Assembly (NCBI RefSeq): GCF_037042905.1
Contig: NC_087247.1
Coordinates: 27,838,001-27,902,000 of the forward strand
Source: Lytechinus pictus
Taxonomy: Eukaryota
Direction of reading: 5' to 3'
Length of the DNA: 64,000 nucleotides
The translations under genes were made by a program, and so were the position numbers. This document shows, one piece after another, positions 40,201 to 49,200 of this stretch (its first letter is position 1; each line of letters begins with the position of its first letter). The notes below the pieces were generated by a model. The model worked only from the letters and a program-made list of their open reading frames with translations. It searched no databases and was not told the origin of the DNA.

Positions 40201-43200
40201 TTTGGAATGTGTATACAACGTCCCTATTATTCAATTGGGAAATATCGTCACCGGCATGGCATAAAAAAATATTTGACGACCCATCAGACCCAAGCACTGC
40301 TGTTCAGACCTGACCGAAATTGAATAAATTTGCTTTTCCTTTAGACCAAAGCAAGTTGTCAGAAGTAGAACACCAGCATTCAACATTTACCGATACACCA
40401 ATATGACTGAGTGTTGAGCTTCACACTCTATATATAGATATATATGAAGGCCTACATTACACATCCCCCCCCCCCCTCATATTGATGTTTCATTTAATGA
40501 GTCTAGATTTGGCTCTAGACATGTAAAATATCCATATTTGATTGTTGGAACTAACATTAGACACCCGTAATGATGAGAGGCAAGTCTAGATGTAGATCTA
40601 CTCTAGATTCTACTCTGAAAATTATTTTTGCCCAAATGACCTATCGTGACAAAAAAAATAATACACTGATTAGACTCCTATTAAGTCCTAACATGCCTTA
40701 TTAAATTCTAGATGATTTACTCACTTTCTTCCGGCTATATGAAGTTCGTTGTCGTTTCCTACGAACATCCTGAGAGGTCGGCGAAGTTGCAGTTCCAGCC
40801 ACTGGCTCCAGCGGTGCCGACACTGCGCTCACTGGAGTCTGAGAGTACTGAGAGTAGTCTTCACCATCATGTTCATGCTCAAGGCCAACAAATGTAGATG
40901 ATCTATCTGGGTCCTGATCATCCAATGATGATGAGGCAGACGGGACAACATTAGCGGAAGGACATGAAGGGCTAGCCAATGTTGAAGTACTAAAGTTAGA
41001 TCTCACTTTAGGAGATACATGTAGAAGGGTGCCATCACGGTGTCCATGTCCACTGCCACTGGCAGGGTCAGCAGTAGGATTGTAGATATGGGGAATGGCA
41101 TTTGCCAGCAGCTTCGGAGGCAATTTACGTAGTCCCAGTTCAAACATTTTGAGCTGTGTCTGATCATATTGTGATTGATCAAAATGCAGGCTACACACAT
41201 GAATATGTCTCACCCTTGAGTGGTCGAACACACGGTGTCTTTTGATAAAGTTGATCCATGCCATTTGGTAGGAGCTAAACCTACCGGTACCTCCAGGTCG
41301 AGGCATCGGCCCTGGCATCGTATGTACAGTAGTGGTTGCATAAGTCGACGAACAATGCATCACCATGCATCGATACCCTCCGGAATCCTTCTTTTTTGCC
41401 TTCCCCTTTTCTTCTTTCTCCAAACCTGACGGCCCATCACCATCCTTCATTACTAATCTCTACACAGACAAGCACTATAAAGCAGAAAATCAGACTATCA
41501 AAACAAAATTACCAAATTTCCGAGAGTATAAAATCCAAGCAGCAACGGAGTAACCGGGTCACTAGAGCATAACTTTAGCGGAGCGTGCAACTTACCAGCC
41601 CCACAGGCCAGGCGCCTCCAACCTTGTCGATTCCGCTCGCTTGTGTGCAATAGCCGCATCACTCGCGGATAGATATATCACAACAAATGTCGTCGGCTTG
41701 CATTTGACAGTCGAGAAATCGTGATTTAAACTTCCCTTTTAACTAATATCCTCACATTAAGTATTTCTTCGATGGGATGATTTAGGCTAAAAAACATAGT
41801 TGATTATGTGTATAGTCACAATTAAGTTTGAAATATCGACGATAGTTTAACACACTTCGTTCTATTTGCTCCAAGTTTCGCAAGTATGTTTGTTCATTAC
41901 AGTACAGTATACCCACACACCTTGCACCACTGTGGTTTCTCTTCCCCCCCAAAAAAAGTCTATTACATGATATAAAAATAATATTTTGGGTATTATAATG
42001 TTTTGTGTTGTTTATCTATTCAAAATGAATCGAAAGAAAACAACAAATTGACTCGTAATAACATCATAAGCTCTCAAACAACAATGTATCGGGAGTATAT
42101 CGACGAAGACTTTCCACACAACACAGGGCCCCACCACTTTGTCAAAACAAATAGTGCCATGACGTGACGTCACACAAAACGAACCGAATTCACGCCGTGA
42201 GAATTGGCGTCGATGACTTCCATATTTAGGTAGTTTTAATCGCTTATTTTTAATATTTTCAATTCGTTTTATTGTCTTAAATTAACTTATTGATATTAAG
42301 TAGGTTGAAAGCTTTCTAATGATGTAAAGATCTCTACTTTTGTGATCGTCTTCTTATATCAACTTTAATATTAATGTCAATCTAATTACAAAAAACGTTC
42401 TACATCATATGCACGTATATATTTGTATGTATCATAATATATATATATAAAAGAGGCAAAGAGGTAATGCATTATACTAGTTCCAACAGAGTTTACTTTC
42501 AAGTCCAAATTTTCGACGTAAATCCCACGTCTTCTTCAGGGTTACAATATTTTGTCACTGTGAGCTTTATTGTAACCCTGAAGAAGACGTGGGATTTACG
42601 TCGAAAATTTGGACTTGAAAATAAACTCTGTTGGAACTAGTATAATGCATTACCTTTTTGCCTCTTTTATCTCATCTATGTCCAACACGTGAAATGTAAT
42701 ATCGTTATATATATATTATTATATTTGCATATATTATAATTATCCATAAATTATCCAATTATCCATAATTTTTTTGAATGATTAAATGAATAGCCATTTA
42801 ATCAACATTACTTTTCCATACCAATGACAGTTTGGCCTATTATCAGTTTATTTCATCAAACAAACTTGTCTTAGGCTAAGAAGGTATTTTCTATTGGCAA
42901 ACAAGACTAACTAAAAATAAAGCGAAATTATATCATGTTTAGCAAAAATGGCTGTGAATGGGTAATAGGTGAATATCCTGTAGACATTAGAAAATGTGAT
43001 AATTTACCAAAATAGGTTGGGAATTACCGCCAAATATTTTTCAGTATTTTCGCATTAAGCACTGGAATAGATCAATCTGGTAGCATGATCTTCATGAAAT
43101 CCTCTCTAAAATGTTTTCTCAGATAGAATTCATTTGTAAATTCCTTTGAATGCCTCCAAGTTTCTTCACTCACAAACTTGCAATAACATTTTAAAAGATG

Positions 43201-46200
43201 CCACTAAGATTGATAAAGAAAAACTTCGCAAATCACTTAGAAAAAATGTGTTTTCTATAGCTGAAAATAAGTCTTAAAAGTCTGAATTCTGACTTCAGTC
43301 TGAAAAGTGGCATCCCTGCAATTCAGTTCTCAAATATAAAAAATATATAAAAATTGGAATTTACCTTGCATTTATTACTATCGTGGACAGCTAACCTACC
43401 GAGAGCTGAAGCGATCTCTCGGTCACACAACCCTCGGAACCTCTTGTCGGGGCTCTTCAAAGCATCTCGAAGGATGCCTACCAGGTACTCTAAGGTATCT
43501 GTAAATAATTTCAATCAATTTTCACAAATGAGAATAAGGAATACAATTTTTAAGAATCTTTAGAAACTATCAACAGCTACACCCTGTAAGCAAGGGTGGC
43601 ACCAGGGTATTTTGATATGGGGGGGGGGAGGACAACTTGGGCTTTCTCATTTGATATACACATGTAATATGAGTTACACGACATATAATTCTTGACTTTT
43701 TGAGCTCATCTCTCTTCCTTTTTTCTTTTCTTTCTTTTACTTAAACAAGTGGAACGTCTTTGGCAGTCTCGCCTGCATTACGTGATTTAATATAGCAACA
43801 AACGAAAAAATTCATATAATAAAATACTATGTCCATTGACCCAAATTGGCTTTTGACCATAATCATGTGACCAAAGACGTGTGCAAAACAATCATTCATA
43901 CTTGATTACACTTATGTCTATGTTTCATGAATTAGATCTATAAACTTTTAAAGTTATGATGACAATTCCACAAATTCCCCCAACATTACCAAAGTTTGTT
44001 GACCTCACAAGTTTCATTAACTAGGTCCATATACTTTCGAAGTTATGACAACATTTCAAAAGCTTAACCTTGGTTAAGATTTCGATATTGATTCCTCAAA
44101 CATGGTCTAAGTTCATTGACCCTAAATGACATATGACCTTGGTCATGTGACCTGAAACTCAGGCAAGATGTTCAGTAATGCTTGATTACTCTTATGTCCA
44201 AGTTTCATGAACTAGGCCGTTATGATGAGATTTCAAAAACTTAACCTTGGTTAAGATTCCAATGTTGACTCCGCCGCCATCGCAGTCGGAAAAGCAGCAC
44301 CTTTATTACTACTATTTTATACAATCAAGAAAATTTGACTAACCAGGATCATCATTAAAATCATATTTTAAAAGTCTTTCCATAGATCAAGAATAAAAAT
44401 TGATAAAAATAAAAAAAATTATTGGGTAATGAGCAAATTGCATAAAAAACAGAACTAAAAAAAAAAAAAAAAAAAAGACTGATTGATAATATTGTGTTTA
44501 AAAACCCCATCTACTAGTATATACTTTACCAGCTTCCTTTTCTACGAGAGTCTCTTCCTGTCCTTCCTCAATGATATAGGCAAGGGTTATCATACAGATG
44601 GTTTTAAAAAAAGGGTCACCCTCCAGGTACGGTTGCATCTTTTTGGCCACACCCTCTTCCCGAAACAGGTGCCTGTTGCCGGGCGTGGTCGACATATTGC
44701 ATAGGATGCTCAGGGAGACGCGGATTAGAGATTGAATGTCCTTTAATGAAAAAAGTACAAAAAGAAACTTGTGATAAGTGCAGTAGAACCTGTTAGCAGC
44801 CATCTCTCTACAGCAACCAACTCACTATTGTGACCACTAAAATAGATTCCCATCAAGACAGTTTATGTCTAAGAACCTGTATATAGCAGCCACCTGTCTT
44901 TGAATTTGAAGGCAACATTTTTTGTTTCCTGTGGATGGTCTCACTACAGCAAAGTTTAAATGTACTCCACATGGGGATCAAAATCTAGTGAAAACACAAG
45001 TGATGATAAGATAAATAATAATATGGACATTTTTAACGCCCCGGCATCCATCATAAAAAGATGTTTCATGGCACAGAAAAGAATAGGAAAACAATGAAAA
45101 TCTAATCAAAAAGGGGGAAGAATTACAATTACCTATAGTGTAATATATTACCATGAGAGCCTTGGCAGATTTTTTTTTAATTTGATTGAGTGAGAGCAAT
45201 TCAAGAAAACCTACAGACTGTTTTACATGAAACTGTAACTAGTAAATTCATGAGAAAAAGGAAAAAAAAAGACTGAACTTTACGAAATAGAATACTGGAT
45301 TATGGAGGTAAAATGAACGTTTAATACACTTCAGATACATATTACCACAAGGTGTTCAATAAAGCTGTTAAGTTATCCATGTCCACTCAAACTGTGTATA
45401 GTGGCCACCGAAGGGAAATGACAAAATTGGTCAATGCTATAGACAGGTGGCCATTATAGACAGGTTAGGGGCCATCTTAGATTTACCATATATTGTAAAT
45501 ACTGTGCAATGTACTGGACAGAGAGTATTTTTTTTAATGAGTTAGTTTTTTTTTGTATGATATTGCATACATGTATCTGTTTCAATCCACCAAACACCTA
45601 TGATTATTGAATATAATCATTATTCTAAGAGTAAGATTCGTGTTTAGATTCAGCTGCAAGTGCAAGGACTATTCAACTACCGTCAAGAGTCCAAAGTTTC
45701 AGTGAAGCTGATTAATAGTGGCCACTATAGAAGGTGAGATATTGACCAAGGGATGCAATGTTACTATGGTAGTCACTGACTACCATAGTAACATTGCTCA
45801 ACATCCAACAAAATAAAGTTTTTTTTTAAGTTTCTATCTTAGTCACCACTGTGGGTGCCATTTGTAAAAAGTATTATTTAAGCAAAATATGTACTATATA
45901 ATTGTTATTTAAGCATGATATGTCATTATTCATAAATAATACAAAATGAAATTTAATTATTTGTAAATAATTATTTGAAATTATAATTGTTAATAATGAA
46001 TAAGAACTAATTTGTTTACTATTATTTATAAATAATTAATATTCAAAACTAATTATAAATAAATTGAAGGGACAAACTATATAATTTACAAATAAAGAAA
46101 ATATTTTCAATTTTTTTTAACTAACAATATTTGGAAAATCTTCATTTACTATTAAAAAAGGAAATGACATTTAGTATTATTTATAATTGGCATAAAATGT

Positions 46201-49200
46201 TTAAATAATGTTTATATAACATATAATTTACTTATACTTTTACAACAGCGCCCTTTAAACAACTGAATAAAGAGGTATTATACAACAGGATCCTGGGTCC
46301 CGTAACACAAAGGTTAGCGATTGATCGTACGCTTGATTTTCACGATTGATTGTACACTGTAGTCAATGGAATCAATCGTAGAAAAATGTTCTACAATCAT
46401 TGCTAAGTTTTGTGTTACGGGCCCCAGATCTTATTACAGGAAACGGTAATACTTCCGATAGAAAGGAAATGTTTGCTGCAACTGTGTATCCTGTACTCAA
46501 TTTACTCCAATTTAATCAACCATTTATTGTAAGGTTATAATGCTGATACAAAGCTTGCATAATTGCAAGTGCAACAGATTACTGTATTTTTTCAAATATT
46601 TCGAATCTAAAATATCTAGTTTACTTTAAATTAATGATACATTTGGTATTATTATATAGACATATATACTTTATAGTCATGTGATTCTTTTTTCCATCTT
46701 GATATTATTCCTGATAGACACTGTAGCTGATATAAATAAATGTAAAATTCATGATTTATGTTTCCTTTGATTAATTTTGATAGTAAAGGAAAAATCACAG
46801 CCACATTTTTGACAGTCAGACCGCAGGTCCCTATGCTAATGAGCAAAAAGGCCAGATTCATCCAAATCATCTCGTGGCTGAATCCTCCTCCTTGCAAAAT
46901 CTTGCGATTCGTGAGATTTTCTTTCTCTAAGAATTTACCTGTTTTAACCTCAAGTTAAATGAAATATTATAGCACCATCAGATAGAGTAAATGTTACTCT
47001 TTCATATTGGTCATTTATTTTGTATACAATATTTTGTTAAATAAGTAAATTTCTGGCCTGAAAATGTGCCTCAAAACTGAATTTTCTTCCTCTGTTTTCT
47101 TTTGCAAATTGTGCAAAACTTTTTATTTTGAGCCTCAATAATATCTACTGTATATCACCATAAAGCTGAACTTCTGTACTTTCTCACAATGCCACTCTTG
47201 ATATGCGGCACCTTTTAATCAGGTCAAGATCACACTTTTCCCACCAAGGTACAAGACGAGATTTCTGAAATTTTGTACTTGCATGAAACCCAGAGTTCTG
47301 ATTGGCTGGATAAGGTTCACAGAACAACAGGTGCGGGGTATTTGAGGAGATTATCACATGGGAAGTGTGACCTTCCCATGAACCCAGACACTGGAACCGT
47401 TGGAATTTGCCTGTGTGTGGTCTCTTTGACCAATCAGAGTGCAGTATTCTTGTTTTCAAGCTGCTTTATGTACTTGGCAAATGAAAAGTGTGATCTTGAC
47501 CCGATTAAACCAATTCTTATTTTGAAACCTATATCATTTTAAAGCATACATATTCAGCTATATCATGATCTAAAATCATTTGGGCTCAAACAAAAATAAA
47601 GTGTGAAAATAGCAGCTTTTGTCAGGTGAAAATAATTATTTTGTAGCATATTTTAGATCAAAATTTTAACCTATATTACAAAATCTTTGAATAAATTCAA
47701 ACACATGACCTGGAAGAATGATTTTTCTTCTTTACAATGATACCAAATTCATGAAATTCGATGCACAATTAGAGCAGCAATGACCGAATGAAAAGAGGTG
47801 TTTCGGTCCGCATCAAGCTCACTAAATATGCAAAACATCTCAAGTCATGAATATCACTTGGATAAAAGAAGCCACTTTCTTGGGACCTGCCGTCTGACTG
47901 TACATTAAATCACAAAATGAAATATCTTTGAAAGACTCACATTGCATAAAACATAAAAATGTAAGAACCTTAAACCAACATTTTTTCTTGGCTCTTTCTT
48001 CATTCCTTTCATTAATTCGGAAGAAACAACAAAATATAAAACTCAATGCTTTTCCCCCTTTTCTTTATAATATACAAATTCTTTCATTCAAAAATTTTGC
48101 TCACACTTTTCTAGGTTTATGAACATTTTAATTCCTTTAATTAACTTATTGCTTGCACTATGCATTTGTAAACTTATGTGAACATACCAGACAAAAATGA
48201 TATATATATATATATTTTTTTAATTTTGGGGGCTACTTTAAACAGTGGAGAAGCTTAAAGGCAAGTCCAAGAATTCGCGCGCGTTATGTATGGGACATTT
48301 CAGAGGCTTTAATGACCTGAAAAATAGCGTTAAATGAATTTGATTAGATTGAATACCCTCATGATGGTAGACATCTAGGAGAAGAATAATCATGCAAAAA
48401 ATGATATATGACCTTGACCTTTTAGAGAGAAAAGATGTGTCGTTACGTATGGGACGCAAAAAAAAGACAATTAAAAAAAAAAAAAACATTCAAGTTGAGA
48501 ATTCTCTGAAAGTATTTCATTTGACAACTTGTAAGTTATTGTGATAGAAGTCACAATACTCTAGTATATCTAAGGCAAGTTTCATGTCATAAGCCAAATC
48601 CCTCTAATTACAGACTCTAATTAAACAAATTAATGACATGTTACGTATGGGACAGTTACGTATGGGACATTTTGTCCCCATAGAGAACGTACACAATTTT
48701 CCCCATATTCAAAAAATTGAAATAATTTAAAATATGGAAATAACAAAAGAGTTTCTTTCTTTTAAAATTTTCTATTGAGACATATTTGATATGACTGAAA
48801 AGGAAATAAGTAATTTCAACTTTTTTTTCATGGTTCATGAATTTCTTATGTATTTCTATTGTTTTTTATTTTTTTCATATTTTTCAATTTTCACAATTTT
48901 TTCGCTTCAATCGTTTTCATTATTCAGTATTCATAACAAATCAGTCTTTAAAAACTAAAGAAAAGGTAAATAATCACTTTTTAGAGCACTCTTGAAATTG
49001 GTTTTTCTCCATTCACTTTGTACACAAATCTCCCAATTGACATTATGTGTAAATGTCCCATACGTAACATGTTGTCCCGTACGTAACATTTTTTTAATTA
49101 ACTTTTAATTAAAAAGTAAACTCTATTTTTGAAACTTTTTGTGGTATAACATTTCCATACTTAATGAATTAGAACTTCCCAGAGATGCAACAATACAAGT

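Larger units (their letters stand above)
4964..42364 (-). mobile_element. Complete Kolobok DNA transposon, 37,401 bp including nested insertions (about 17.1 kb without the 20.3-kb insert)
   Basis: TTAA at 4960-4963 and 42365-42368; TIRs AGTTGACATAAGAAG / AGTTGATATAAGAAG (14 of 15), AG..CT ends; encodes THAP-DDE transposase plus KolX-like gene. Removing it leaves a 1.2-kb host intron. Confidence 0.9.
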
